Assembly (NCBI RefSeq): GCF_022045235.1
Contig: NW_027266275.1
Span: 34,410,001-34,474,000 of the forward strand
DNA: 64,000 nucleotides
Source: Haliotis cracherodii
Taxonomy: Eukaryota
Direction: 5' to 3'
Part shown: positions 11,573-25,441 of the stretch, piece after piece
How positions within the stretch are numbered: the first letter of the stretch is position 1
Layout of the letters: each line of letters begins with the position of its first letter
The notes under the pieces: generated by a model
What the model saw: the letters and a program-made list of their open reading frames with translations, nothing else
What the model was told of the DNA's origin: nothing
Database searches by the model: none
Made by a program: the position numbers and the translations under genes

Positions 11573-12907
11573 ATGCCAGTCACAAGACGTCTGACCGAGT
11601 CCGAGTGTGAGGGCTTTGATTCCGAGGTGGCAGAGTGTTTTTCACGTACAGAACCGACAGGTGTGTGCCGTTATATATAATAACAGAGTTCAACCCTACA
11701 ACTTCTGTTTCAATTGAAAAGTGTTTCAGAATCAGCCACTGTATTTCTACCACTTCCTTAATTTTATACGTAGATATATATCCGGCATTACTTTCACACT
11801 TGCTAGTTTAATTGACTCAATACTAAATCCGATTCTTTTTTATTTCAGAGTTTCATGATTCGGTTCCCAAACACGTCACAATAAAACCAAGACCAGTCGC
11901 AAAGCGTCTGACCGTGTCCGAGTGTGAGGGGTTTGATTCCGAGGTGGCGGAGTGTTTTNNNNNNNNNNNNNNNNNNNNNNNNNNNNNNNNNNNNNNNNNN
12001 NNNNNNNNNNNNNNNNNNNNNNNNNNNNNNNNNNNNNNNNNNNNNNNNNNNNNNNNNNNNNNNNNNNNNNNNNNNNNNNNNNNNNNNNNNNCTGTCTGTC
12101 TGTTTGTGTGTGTGTGTGTGTTTGCCGTGGGTGCTTTCAACTATCATATCCCTGCAACTTCTTTTAATAAAGTCTGTATTTACTGTAATTTCTCTGCCAG
12201 TTTATCTATTTAACACGGTAAATGTATACGTGCGGATGTTTAAGACTTACCATAGAGTTGATTATATACTAAATTCGATTATTGCAATTTCAGAGTTCCA
12301 CGATTTGGTTCCCAAACACGTCACAATAAAACCAAAACCTATTCGTCCCGAGCCACCATTCCAATGGGACTGTAGTGAAAAGGACAAACAACTTGGCAAA
12401 GAGCTCGAACTCCACATGCAGCTGACGGCTGTCCTGGTTGAGGTGGACATTCTCCGGGCTGACCTACGAGATGCACGACTCCGTTCCAAATGTCTGAAAC
12501 TGAAGAACCGGCATCTTCGGAGACAAGCCAGACAACTCTCGGAGGAGAAAGTCTCCCTCAGGGAGCAGGTGGATCGCTTGATGAAAGAGGTGGACATGTT
12601 GAGAGATGAAAGACTGTGTGTACATTCAGGAGAGGGAGAGGGTGTTGGACTTGTTCAGAGGTCAGGGGCTACACAGACCACGCGCTTTGACCACATTGTC
12701 CAGTCAAAGAATGACATACCTCGTGAACAGGACAAAAGGTCAACAAGAAGACATCATGAACTCTCTCAAAGTTGTCTGTCATCAAAGGAACATATGTCAT
12801 CAAGCACAACCAATTTGATCGAAACTTGTTATCAGAAACAAAATGTACAAAAGTCAAAATCTTTCTTTCGCCGTTTTACAAAACTGTTCAGCAGAAACAA
12901 ATGTTAA
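11573..12907 (+). CDS. Uncharacterised coiled-coil protein, copy 2 (3 exons; exon 2 end lies in an N gap)
   Basis: Exons 11573-11660, 11849-(gap) and 12294-12907. One extra Arg codon relative to copy 1; frame intact where visible. Confidence 0.7.
11959..12091. other. Assembly gap (N run) at the (GT)n microsatellite of copy 2 intron 2
   Basis: Run of N; paralogous copies carry the exon 2 end plus (GT)n here. Confidence 0.98.
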
Positions 12908-15900
12908 TGTTATTTAATGTTCATTTTGTTGATCAAATAACAATTGTTATAGTTTAAAAGCAATGTCTTTGTTATTTCTTTCCAACTGTCTGTGTCCAAT
13001 AGCTGCAAGTTATGTTTGTTTGTTGTTTAACGCTGCACTAAGCAAACGTCCAGCTATATGACGACGGCCTGTAAAGTCAGTGATTGATATTGTAAGCCTT
13101 ATGATACGATGACACACAATCAACCATGTGACCGAGTCTGACCACCCGATCAGTTTGTCGCCTCTTACGACCATCACAGGTTGCTGGGACCTTGTCTAAC
13201 CCGGAATCCCCACGGGGAAACACAGACACAAGATATCTATCAACATTAATATGTAAGGCATCAGTATCATCACACTTCACGAATAAGCCATACCGTTCAT
13301 CCATCCATGCATGGGTTGAGTGTGACATTGCTTCATTTTAGCAATGTTCAAACAATATCGGGGCCATCGAAAATAGACTTCGCGTATTGTAGTTATTAGG
13401 GATCGAACTCTGGGTTTTAGCATCAAGAGCTAACGCTTTAACCAGCTCAGTTAAACCTAATCAATTCATTGCAAGAATACAACATATTTTTCATTACATT
13501 TTTATTCAACATGATTAGATAATCAAAGAACTGTGTGATTGGTGAGGTACATACCCTTAAGTACTATTTTGTTTGTTTGTTGTTTTACGCCGCACTCGGC
13601 AATATTCCAGCTATATGACGGCGGTGTGTAAATAATCGAGTCTGAACCAGACAATCCTGTGATTGATATCATGAGCATCGATCCACGCAATTGGGATTCG
13701 ATGACATGCATCAACCAAGTCATTGAGCTTGATCACCCGTTCTCGTTAGTCGCCTCTTACGACAAACATAGTCGCTGTTTAAGGCAAGCGTGGGTTGCTG
13801 AAGACCTATTCAACCCCGGATCCTCATGGGTCCCTTAAATACTAGCCTTGGTAACAGTTGAACTGATTGTTTCACTAAACATCAACACTATCTATCGTAA
13901 ATAAAAGAGTTAAAATCCTTTCCATAATCATAAGAAATGTCTGCTGAAAGCCGAGTCCATTGTACGATTCCGACTATATCTTTAACGTGATTGTGAATTA
14001 CATGTACTATCAAATAGAGATGACACCAGGTGTTCGCCAAAAGGTAAGCCTATCCTACCCCACCGGCGGCACTCGTCACAATTGAAAGGCAAGTCCAGTA
14101 TTCGCCTGAAAGACCACAGGAACATATGATACATGCCAGAGTAGGGAATTACGTCGGACATAATAGGGAGAATAGGACAAGGAAACTAGGGAAAGGCATC
14201 GTTTGGAAAATATGGCCTGGGCCTCGTCCCACAAAGCGATATTAATGCTACGATTATCGTAAGTCAATGTTAAAGTAAGGGATTTGCGGTAGTCCTAGTG
14301 CTAAGATCGCTTTGTGAAACGAGGCCCTGGACTTATGTACAGGAGGATCTAACAATATTGTGGAAAAACATAATTCTCATTGGGTGAATTGATATCCACA
14401 TTGTTTAGGTCAATGTACTCGTGTGTCATTCAAGTCTAGTCCTCTGACATTCGCAGACAAAAATCTAAAGCACTATAAAAGTTCACTAATATGTATTCAA
14501 CAATCTGAGACATTGTGACCGACAGACACATAATACTGTAGAGTTGGGCTCAACGCCGCTTCGAACAGCATTTCAGTTATGTCACCCCCTGCCAGTATTG
14601 TGTGGGAGAAACGCCCAAAGTGATGCAGGTCTTAGAAATTTGTCACTTTGGTGAAACCCACGAGCACGGCTATGAACCTGTGATTCGAACCCACGATTAT
14701 CGGATTCTATCACGAGTGGATAGCGAATTGCAACGCCTTACACAATCGGCCACCCGTACCCCACAAGCGTCTCTTTAAGAGCTAAAGATCCAGGTTGTAT
14801 TGTTCATTGGAAACATTACAAACTGTGTGATAATATAATTCATTCGAAAAGTAGATAATGGTCAACATATTCCGACAGAAGGATCTATATGCACATTATT
14901 TATGATGGATAAACGTATTTCCAGTAGCTAGACAATAAATCTTCCAATGTACCAAATACATCAAATGTTCTTAGTATCTTATAATTTTCAGTCATCATTA
15001 TCAAGTTATCGGTTATCGGATGTCCGTCTAACGATGTGAATATATAGACAAACAGCTGTTTCACTGCCAACAGTTAAGCTTTGTCGTAGAATGAATCTAT
15101 GAATGAAGTGAATGTCTGTTCTTTTTTTCAAAAAGCTTTGACGAATTTGGAACTATTTCAATTACCAAAATAGAAGTATACCTCAAGACGAGCTTCGTTG
15201 TTCAACGCCATCTTTTATTCAACCCAAGGGAAGTCACTCTTATCGGCAAAGACTAACGGGAGTTTCTCCCCTGGACCGTTCCCTAATTTACTAATATATA
15301 ATTTCAAAATGTTGAAATTACAACTATAACCATCAGAACAAAGTTACATCAATTGAAAGTAAACTTCTTCTCGTGTAGATGCAAAATATGAATTAAAAAC
15401 AAATATCCTGTGATATATAATTTTTCCTCGCCCCTGTGTGTTCCGAAAGCATATAACCCACCTCTAGTATATTATTTAGGAACAATGTTTCAATTTTTGT
15501 TGCAATTTCTTGGTGGTAATTTGGAACATTATTTACATTTTACATAAGCAGAGTGGAATCCTCCAGACTATTATATGGTGCTGACAAACCAAGAACTAAC
15601 GACCAGAGTAGTCTGTATATGGAACGTCTAAGAAGGACGCATGTCTGCACAGCATCTTGCCGCGCCCTAGACAACTGGTCCATTTCCTATAATCATGAAC
15701 TACGAGACAGTGTCGTCAAAAAAGGAAAATTTCCAAACTTTGGGACTATACATTCATAGACATGCCGTTATTTAACTGAAATATTGTTGAAGGTGGCGTT
15801 AAAACTATCTCACTCACTCATTTTACCTGTAACACCGAATGTTCTTTTCAACGGCCAATCATTTATTTGAAACATTTCAATTTGGTGCTGACCAAATTAT

Positions 15901-16359
15901 ATCCCTGTTGCTTTCCAACACTGATGACAGTATCACATAGCTCACAATATAAAAATAAACCTCTTCCGAAAACGAAATTCATTTGAGAAAAAACATGGAA
16001 AAATAGACAATACGTTTTACTGTTTCTGAATTAAGATTGTTAATTATCTTCTTAATATTGGCCCATGATATGATGCTTGTTTTGAAGAAAGTAACGATTT
16101 TATACCAAAGAACAAAGAGCATCTAATGATGATTGTATGTTTCGGCTGATGTGTAGCAATCGGAACACACTCAAAACGAAATAAACCGACCTCTTCCGAA
16201 GGTACTTCCACCGAACGGACGACAGCGAAATCTACCGACTAGACATAGCTATGACGTCATTAGATGATATTGTGACGTCACGCCATTGTCTGACATTGTC
16301 TCAGCAAGCTACAGCAGCACTGCATTACGCTCTTCATTTATCGAGATTATCGAAGCATT

Positions 16360-16762
16360 ATGCCAGTCACAAGACGTCTGACCGAGTCCGAGTGTGAGGG
16401 CTTTGATTCCGAGGTGGCAGAGTGTTTTTCACGTACAGAACCGACAGGTGTGTGCCGTTATATATAATAACAGAGTTCAACCCTACAACTTCTGTTTCAA
16501 TTGAAAAGTGTTTCAGAATCAGCCACTGTATTTCTACCACTTCCTTAATTTTATACGTAGATATATATCCGGCATTACTTTCACACTTGCTAGTTTAATG
16601 GACTCAATACTAAATCCGATTCTTTTTTATTTCAGAGTTTCATGATTCGGTTCCCAAACACGTCACAATAAAACCAAGACCAGTCGCAAAGCGTCTGACC
16701 GTGTCCGAGTGTGAGGGGTTTGATTCCGAGGTGGCGGAGTGTTTTGCACGTACAGAACCGAC

Positions 16763-16813
<51 letters not shown>

Positions 16814-17651
16814 TGTCTGTCTGTTATTCTATGGCCGTGTGTCTGTCTGTTTGTGTGTGTATGTGTGTTTGCCGTGGGTGCTTTCAACTATCATATCCCT
16901 GCAACTTCTTTTAAAAAAGTCTGTATTTACTGTAATTTCTCTGCCAGTTTATCTATTTAACACGGTAAATGTATACGTGCGGATGTTTAAGACTTACCAT
17001 AGAGTTGATTATATACTAAATTCGATTATTGCAATTTCAGAGTTCCACGATTTGGTTCCCAAACACGTCACAATAAAACCAAAACCTATTCGTCCCGAGC
17101 CACCATTCCAATGGGACTGTAGTGAAAAGGACAAACAACTTGGCAAAGAGCTCGAACTCCACGTGCAGCTGACGGCTGTCCTGGTTGAGGTGGACATTCT
17201 CCGGGCTGACCTACGGGCACGACTCCGTTCCAAATGTCTGAAACTGAAGAACCGACATCTTCAGAGACAAGCCAGACAACTCTCGGAGGAGAAAGTCTCC
17301 CTCAGGGAGCAGGTGGATCGCTTGATGAAAGAGGTGGACATGTTGAGAGATGAAAGACTGTGTGTACATTCAGGAGAGGGAGAGGGTGTTGGACTTGTTC
17401 AGAGGTCAGGGGCTACACAGACCACGCGCTTTGACCACATTGTCCAGTCAAAGAATGACATACCTCGTGAACAGGACAAAAGGTCAACAAGAAGACATCA
17501 TGAACTCTCTCAAAGTTGTCTGTCATCAAAGGAACATATGTCATCAAGCACAACCAATTTGATCGAAACTTGTTATCAGAAACAAAATGTACAAAAGTCA
17601 AAATCTTTCTTTCGCCGTTTTACAAAACTGTTCAGCAGAAACAAATGTTAA
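16360..17651 (+). CDS. Uncharacterised 275-aa coiled-coil protein, copy 3 (3 exons)
   Basis: Exons 16360-16447, 16636-16764 and 17041-17651. In-frame one-codon deletion (LRARLR) and one-codon insertion relative to copy 1. Confidence 0.75.
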
Positions 17652-19766
17652 TGTTATTTAATGTTCATTTTGTTGATCAAATAACAATTGTTATAGTTTA
17701 AAAGCAATGTCTTTGTTCTTTCTTTCCAACTGTCTGTGTCCAATAGCTGCAAGTTATGTTTGTTTGTTGTTTAACGCTGCACTAAGCAAACGTCCAGCTA
17801 TATGACGACGGCCTGTAAAGTCAGTGATTGATATTGTAAGCCTTATGATACGATGACACACAATCAACCATGTGACCGAGTCTGACCACCCGATCAGTTT
17901 GTCGCCTCTTACGACCATCACAGGTTGCTGGGACCATGTCTAACCCGGAATCCCCACGGGGAAACACAGACACAAGATATCTATCAACATTAATATGTAA
18001 GGCATCAGTATCATCACACTTCACGAATAAGCCATACCGTTCATCCATCCATGCATGGGTTGAGTGTGACATTGCTTCATTTTAGCAATGTTCAAACAAT
18101 ATCGGGGCCATCGAAAATAGACTTCGTGTATTATAGTTATTAGGGATCGAACTCTGGGTTTTAGCATCAAGAGCTAACGCTTTAACCAGCTCAGTTAAAC
18201 CTAATCAATTCATTGCAAGAATACAACATATTTTTTATTACATTTTTATTCAACATGATTAGATAATCAAAGAACTGTGTGATTGGTGAGGTACATACCC
18301 TTAAGTACTATTTTGTTTGTTTGTTGTTTTACGCCGCACTCGGCAATATTCCAGCTATATGACGGCGGTGTGTAAATAATCGAGTCTGAACCAGACAATC
18401 CTGTGATTGATATCATGAGCATCGATCCACGCAACTGGGATTCGATGACATGCATCAACCAAGTCAGTGAGCTTGATCACCCGATCCCGTTAGTCGCCTC
18501 TTACGACAAACATAGTCGCTTTTTAAGGCAAGAATGGGTTGCTGAAGACCTATTCTAACCCGGATCTTCATGGGTCCCTTAAGTACTCGCCATGGTTACA
18601 GTTGAACTGGTTGTTTCACAAAACATCAACACTATCTATCGTAAATAAAAGAGTTAAAATCCTTTCCATAATCATAAGAAATGTCTGCTGAAAGCAAAAA
18701 TTGTATGATTCCGACTATATCTTTAACGTTTTTGTGAATTACATGTACTATCATATAGAGATGACACCATATGTTCGCGAAAAGGTGAGCCTATCCTACC
18801 CCACCGGTGGCACTCGTCACACACACATGGAAAGGCAAGTCAAGTATTTGCCTGAAAGACCACAGGAACATATGATACATGCCAGAGTAGGGAATTACAT
18901 CGGACATAATAGGGAGAATAGGACAAGGAAACTAGGGAAAGGCATCGTTTGGAAAATGTGGCCTGGGCCTCGTCCCACAAAGCAATATTAATGCTACGAT
19001 TATCGTTTGTACATGTTAAAGTAAGGGAGTTACGGTAGTCCTAGCGTTAAGATCGCTTCGTGAAACGAGGCCCTGGACTTATGTGCATGAGGATCTGGCA
19101 CTGCTATGGAGAAAACATAATTCTCATGGGGAGAATTGATACCCACATTGTTTAGGTCAATGTACACGTGTGTCATTCAAATTTACTCCTATGCCATTCA
19201 CAGACAAAAATCGTATGCACTATACAAGTTCAATAAAAGTATTCAATAGTCTGACACATTGTGACCACACGTAATATTGTAGAGTTGGTTTCAAGGGCGC
19301 TTCAAACAGCATTTCAGTTATGTCACCGCCTGTCAGTATTTTGTGGGTGAAACGCCCAAAGTGATGCAGGTCTTAGACATTTGTCACTTTGGTGAAACCT
19401 ACGAGCACGACTATGAACCTGTGATTCGAGCCCACGATTATCGGATAATAACACGAGTGGATAGGGAATATTGCAGCGCCTTTGACAATCGCCCACCCGT
19501 ACCCCTAAGGGTCACGTTAAGAGCGAAAGACCTAGTTTGTATTGTTATTGCAAGTATTGCAAACTGTGTGGTAATTAAAAAAATACGAAAAGTAGATAAT
19601 GGTCAACATATTCCAACAAAAGGATATATATGCACATTATCATATTTATTTATGATGAATAAACGTATTTACAGGAACGCTAGACAATGAATCTTCCAAT
19701 GTAAAAAATACTTCAAATGTGCTTACTATCTTATTATACTCAATCATCATTATAAAGATATCGGTT

Positions 19767-21352
19767 TTTATCATATAATGGGTAGGTTTCTCGGCAGGAT
19801 AAAGCCAACGGATAAAAACGATATCCGTTGGGGTCATATGCGGATAAAGATGCAAATATCAAAGGTCAAGTAGGGACTACTTTCACTGTTTATAAACAAA
19901 CATGGCGTCATCTGGCGATCGAGTCAGAATTAACCATCGGGAATCTGGATAAACTACAGGGATAATTGCTATCATTATCAAAAGAACAGTCTAATATACT
20001 GAAAATCAGTGTCTAACTGTGACGTAGCTAAGGCATTTTATAAGTTTTGGCAACTTTGGAGATATAAATTTCGAAACAATTTTGCGAGGGCACAAGGCCT
20101 AGCCAAGCGGGATCAGTAGCCATATCTGTGCTTGTAGACCTCTACGGCTTGAAACCTTCTCTACAAATTAAAATAGTTGGATTTGGGACCAAATATGTTT
20201 GAATTGTTACCTTGTTTCGTTTTGTCGCTGTGTGTACATCTGACTACACTTCTTAACATTATGACAGACCGACTGTCAACAACGTCTGACTGTGGCCGTG
20301 ACGTCTCATAGACTAGGGTTAGAGTAGCTTCCCTTTGACAAAGGGCAGTTACTCTAGCGGACAGACCAATGGATTGCCGCGAAAGGAAAATATAAACCAT
20401 TGTTGTTTTGCGTATATGTTGCTTCGCCACTGTATAAGAAACGGATTTCAGTTGGAACTATATTGGCTACTATCACTGTCCGACTGACACATCACTTACC
20501 CTATGACGTAATATATATTAATGCGCGCATTCCAGGAAAACTCGCAATGTTTCGGTAATGTTTGTGAGAGAGGGAAAGCGATTTTGAAGCACAGAATTAA
20601 AGAATGACATTATATGATAAAGAGGTTATCACGGTTGTGTGTTTGGGGATGGTAAATATCCTGTATTAGGAATAAACACTATGTATTTAGCTCGCCAAGG
20701 CTCGCTAAATACAATGTTTATTCCTAATGCAGGATATTTACCATCCCCAAACACACTCGCGTGATAACCTCTATTTATCATGTAATGGGTGGCTTTCTCG
20801 GCAGGATAAAGCCAACGGATAAAAGGGATATCCGTTGGGGTTATACGCGGATAGAGATGCAAATATCAGAGGTCAAGTTGGGACTACTTTCACTGTTAAT
20901 AAACAAACATGGCGTCGCCCTTGTCATTCGGCGATCATGTCAAAATTAACCATCGGGAATCTGGAGAAACTACTGGGATAATATCTATCATTATTAAAAG
21001 AATAGTCTAATATACTGAAAATCAGTATCTAACTGTGCCGTAGATAAGGCATTTTACAAGGTTTGGCAACTTTGGAGATATAAATTGCGGGCAGTAGCCA
21101 AGCGGGATTACTTTCCATATCAGTGCTTGGAGGCCTCTCCGACTTGGAACCTTTTCCACAAATTAAACAGTTGGATTTGGCCGAAATGTGTTCAAATTGT
21201 TACCTTGTTTCGTTTTGTCGTTGTGTGTACATCTGACTGCACTTCGTAACGTTATGACAGGACAGGCCGATTGTCAACAACGCCTGACTGTGGCCTTGAC
21301 TTTTCATAGACTAGGGTTAGAGTAGCTTCCCTTTGATAAAGGCAGTTACTCT
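19767..21352. mobile_element. Unclassified element present as a head-to-tail dimer joined by a ~180-bp hairpin
   Basis: 19767-20360 matches 20774-21352. 14-bp inverted repeat tttatcatataatg/cattatatgataaa; palindrome 20608-20787. Absent from the other array units. Confidence 0.65.
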
Positions 21353-22277
21353 CAGACCCCCAAGGGTCTCTTTAAGAGTTCAAGAACCAGCTTTTTTGGT
21401 AATTGCAAACATTAAAAACTATTGATAAACAAAGTGAGAATCCTCCGGCCTATTGTATGGTGCTGACAAACCAAGAACCAACGTCCAGAGTATCCTAGCT
21501 GCATATGCTACATATGCTAAGGAAGCATGGTTGCACAGCGTCTTACCGTGCCCATGACAACTGGGCCATCTGCTATAATCATGAACTACGAGTCAGTCTA
21601 AAAAGGTGAACATAGAAACTGTTCCATGTATTTCTCACTTGTATAATTGAATCAAAAGACAGAGTTGGGAGGATGTACAACTTTCCATATTTCAGCTACT
21701 CAGTGTCGTGCATGTAGGTATGAAGTTAGAAGCGATGCTGAGATTTCATCTTTCCAAACTTTGGGAATAAACATTCCTAGACACGCCGTTATTTAACTGA
21801 AATAGTGTTCAGGGTGGCGTTAAACCTATCTCACTCACTCATTTTACCTGTAACACAGAATGTTCTTTATAACACCCAATCATTTATTTGAAACGTTTTA
21901 ATTTGGTGCTGACCAACTTATATCCCTGTTGATTTCCTGCGCAAGAATAGGTGTACAGATATAAAGACAATTGTGAAATGCCCAACCACTGATGACAATA
22001 TCACATAGCTTACAATATTAAAATATACCTCTTCCGGAAACGAAAAACATAGACAATACCTTTTACGGCTTTTGAATTCAAATTGTGAATTAATGATTTA
22101 TTATTAGCCCACAATATGATTCTTGTTTTAAAGAAAGTAACGACATTCAACCAAAGAAAAAAGAGCAACTAATGATGGTGGTATGTTTCGGCTGATGTGT
22201 AGCAATCGGAACACACTCAAAACGAAATATACCGACCTCTTCCAAAGGTACTTCCGCCGAACGGACGACAGCGAAAT

Positions 22278-22375
22278 TAGACTGGTTCCCAGATCCTCCG
22301 CTTGGTGTCGCTGCACTTGTTCCGCTTTCCAATCAAAATCCCTGTCTGTCGCAGGAACGAACGGGAACCAGTCTA
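22278..22375. mobile_element. 98-bp MITE with TAG...CTA termini and 9-bp TSD (AcademH-like non-autonomous element)
   Basis: 13-bp TIR tagactggttccc/gggaaccagtcta; TSD cagcgaaat at 22269-22277 and 22376-22384; empty site in copies 1-3. Confidence 0.85.
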
Positions 22376-22513
22376 CAGCGAAATCTACCGACTAGACGGT
22401 CGCTATGACGTCATTAGATGATATTGTGACGTCACGCCATTGTCTGACATTGTCTCAGCAAGCTACAGCAGCACTGCAGAACACTCTTCATTTATCGAGA
22501 TAATTGAAGCATT

Positions 22514-23753
22514 ATGCCAGTCACCAGACGTCTGACCGTGTCCGAATGTGAGGGCTTTGATTCCGAGGTGGCGGAGTGTTTTTCACGTACAGAACCGACA
22601 GGTTCGTGTCGTTATATATGATAACAGAGTTCAACTCTACAACTTCTGATTCAATTGAAAAAAGTTTCAGAATCAGCCACTGTATTTCTACCACTTCCTT
22701 AATTTCATACGAAGGTATTACTTTCACACTTGCCAGTCTAATTGATTCAATACTAAATCCGGTTATTTTTATTTCAGAGTTTCGTGATTCGGTTCCCAAA
22801 CACGTCACAATAAAACCAAGACCAGTCGCAAAGCGTCCGACCGTGTCCGAGTGTGAGGGGTTTGATTCCGAGGTGGCGGAGAGTTTTGCACATACAGAAC
22901 CGACAGGTGTGTGTATGTGTGTGTTTGTGTGTGTGTGCGTGCGTGCGTGCGTGCGTGTGCCGTTGATGCTTTCAACTCGCATATTCCTGCAATTTTATTT
23001 GAGACAAAAAGGTTTCTGTATCACCTGCTATTTTTCTATTTTCTATTTCTATTTCTATTTAAAACGGTAAATGTATATGTGCTGATGTTTTAGACTTACC
23101 ATAGAGTTGATTATATACTAAATTCGATTATTGCAATTTCAGAGTTCCAGGATTTGGTTCCCAAACACGTCACAATAAAACCAAGACCTATTCGTCCCGA
23201 GCCACCATTCCAATGGGACTGTAGTGAAAAGGACAAACAACTTGGCAAAGAGCTCGACCTCCACGTGCAGCTGACGGCTGTTCTGGTTGAGGTGGACATT
23301 CTCCGGGCTGACCTACGAGATGCACGACTCCGTTCCCAACGTCTGAAACTGAAGAACCAACATCTTCAGAGACAAGCCAGACAACTCTCGGAGGAGAAAG
23401 TCTCCCTCAGGGAGCAAGTGGATCGCTTGATGAAAGAGGTGGACATGTTGAGAGCTGAAAGACTGCGTGTACATTCAGGAGAGGGAGAGGGTGTTGTACT
23501 TGTTCAGTGGTCAGGGGCTACACAGACCACGTGTTTTGACCACATTGTCCAATCAAAGAATGGCATTCCTCGTGAACAAGACAACAGGTCAAGAAGACAT
23601 CACGAACTCTCTCAAAGTTGTCTGTCATTAAAGGAACATGTTTCATCAAGCACAACCAATTTGATAGAAACTTGTAATCAGAAACAAAATGTACAAAAGT
23701 CAAAATCTTTCTTTCGTCGTTTTACGAAACTGTTCAGAAGAAACACATGTTAA
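22514..23753 (+). CDS. Uncharacterised 275-aa coiled-coil protein, copy 4 (most divergent)
   Basis: Exons 22514-22601, 22778-22906 and 23143-23753. Splice sites and ORF are intact despite about two dozen amino-acid differences from copy 1 in exon 3. Confidence 0.75.
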
Positions 23754-25377
23754 TGTAATTCAATGTTTATTTTTTAAATCAAATAACAGTTGTAATAGTT
23801 TAAACGCAATGTCTGTTTTTTGTTAAGAACTGTCTGTGTTGAATGGCTACAGGATATGTTTTTTATCTTGTTGTTTAACGCCGCACTCAGCTATATGACG
23901 GCGGCCTGTAAAGTTAGGGGTTGATATTGGGAGCAAGTATCGACGCCATATAATTAGGCATACGATGAAACGCTAACCAAATCGCCGAGCCTGACAACCC
24001 TATCGTTTAGGTCGCCTCTTCCGACCAGCACAGGTTGCTGGGACCTATTAAAACCCGGAATCCCTGAGGGGAAACATAGCCACAAGATCGATCTACATTA
24101 ATATGTAAGGCATCAGTATCACCACATTTCACGAATTTGCCATACATGGGTTAGTGTGATATTACTCCAGTTTTAGCAGTGTTCAAGGATCTCCATGTCT
24201 TGTACCTATTTGGAATCGAAGTCGGCGTTTTGCCATTAAGAACGAACACTTTAACCACTAGGATATTTTGTTGAACCAAAGTAATTCATCACAAGAGTAC
24301 AACATATTTTTCATCAAGTATTTATTCAAAATGATTAGATAATCAAAGAAGTGTGTGGTCGGTGAGATACATCCCCTTAAGTACTAGCCTTGTAACAGTT
24401 GAATTGATTGCTACATATCAACACTATCTACCGTAAATAAAAAGACAAAATCCTTTCCATAATCATAAGACATCTCTGGTGAAAGCCGAGTCCATTGTAC
24501 GATTCCGACTATATCTTTAACATAAAGCGACTATGCTTGTCGTAAGAGGCGAGTGACGGGATCGGGTGGTCAGGCTCGCTGATTGGTTGATGCATGTCAT
24601 CGATCCCAATCGTGTGGATCGATGCTCATGTCAATCACTGGATTCCCGGTCCAGACTCGATTATTTACAGACCGCCGTCATATAGCTGGAATATTGCTGA
24701 GTGCGGCTTTAAACACTCGCGCACCGTGTGTTCCGTTCCCGAACTGGTCCGCTATGCGTTAGAGCCGACTTCAATGAGAATCGTGGGGTCAGGTTCTGTG
24801 ACTTACTGCATGTCATCAAACACTGGATGGTTGCCAGCTGCTTCCAACCAAGCATCTCGAGCCACGTATGACGTGTGCATAGATAATGTATAGACATGTT
24901 TGGTCAATTAAATAATTTCTTCAACTTCCCCTCCCATGTCCAGTTATAATACCGTTTTCATGTTTAAATATTCATCAACGATTTCAGACTAAAACCCGGG
25001 TCTTGAAGCTGTTCAGTGTCAATTGTAGCGTGATGTGATGGCTAATCTTGACTACCAAAAGCAAATTTTTGAAAGAACTCCATATCGAGGCTGTGGGAGT
25101 CAAACATTCAACACCTTGATTAATTAAACCCCAACTAACTACAAACTCAACCGGGGGGATCGATAGGGACGCGGTTTACCGAGAAATCCAGTATCACCAT
25201 TCCACTGGTGTCCGAGGTGTCATGTAGTACACGGAATACGCCGAGTTGACCCGAATGTACTCCATGTCTTTAGCTCATAATCAAGCCCATGCATTTTCGC
25301 AGCCAGATAGGAACGGAGTGTAACATTACGATGACAAAGAAACGCAAAAAAAGTATATTCAAACTGATTTTAAAATA

Positions 25378-25441
25378 TTTATTCTAAAACAATTACAGCC
25401 TGCAATTAAAAAGTTCACATATAAAACTGTACACTCTAGCT
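25378..25441 (-). promoter_or_regulatory. Linker-histone 3'UTR with two CPEs and AAUAAA
   Basis: On the minus strand: UUUUAU (25426-25421), UUUUUAAU (25412-25405) and AAUAAA (25383-25378). Confidence 0.7.

Larger units (their letters stand above)
5050..24520 (+). repeat. Tandem segmental duplication of four gene-bearing units (gene-to-gene spacing ~4.7-6.1 kb)
   Basis: Near-identical blocks: gene stops at 8115, 12907, 17651, 23753; identical spurious ORFs at 10766 and 15553 (period 4787). Confidence 0.97.
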
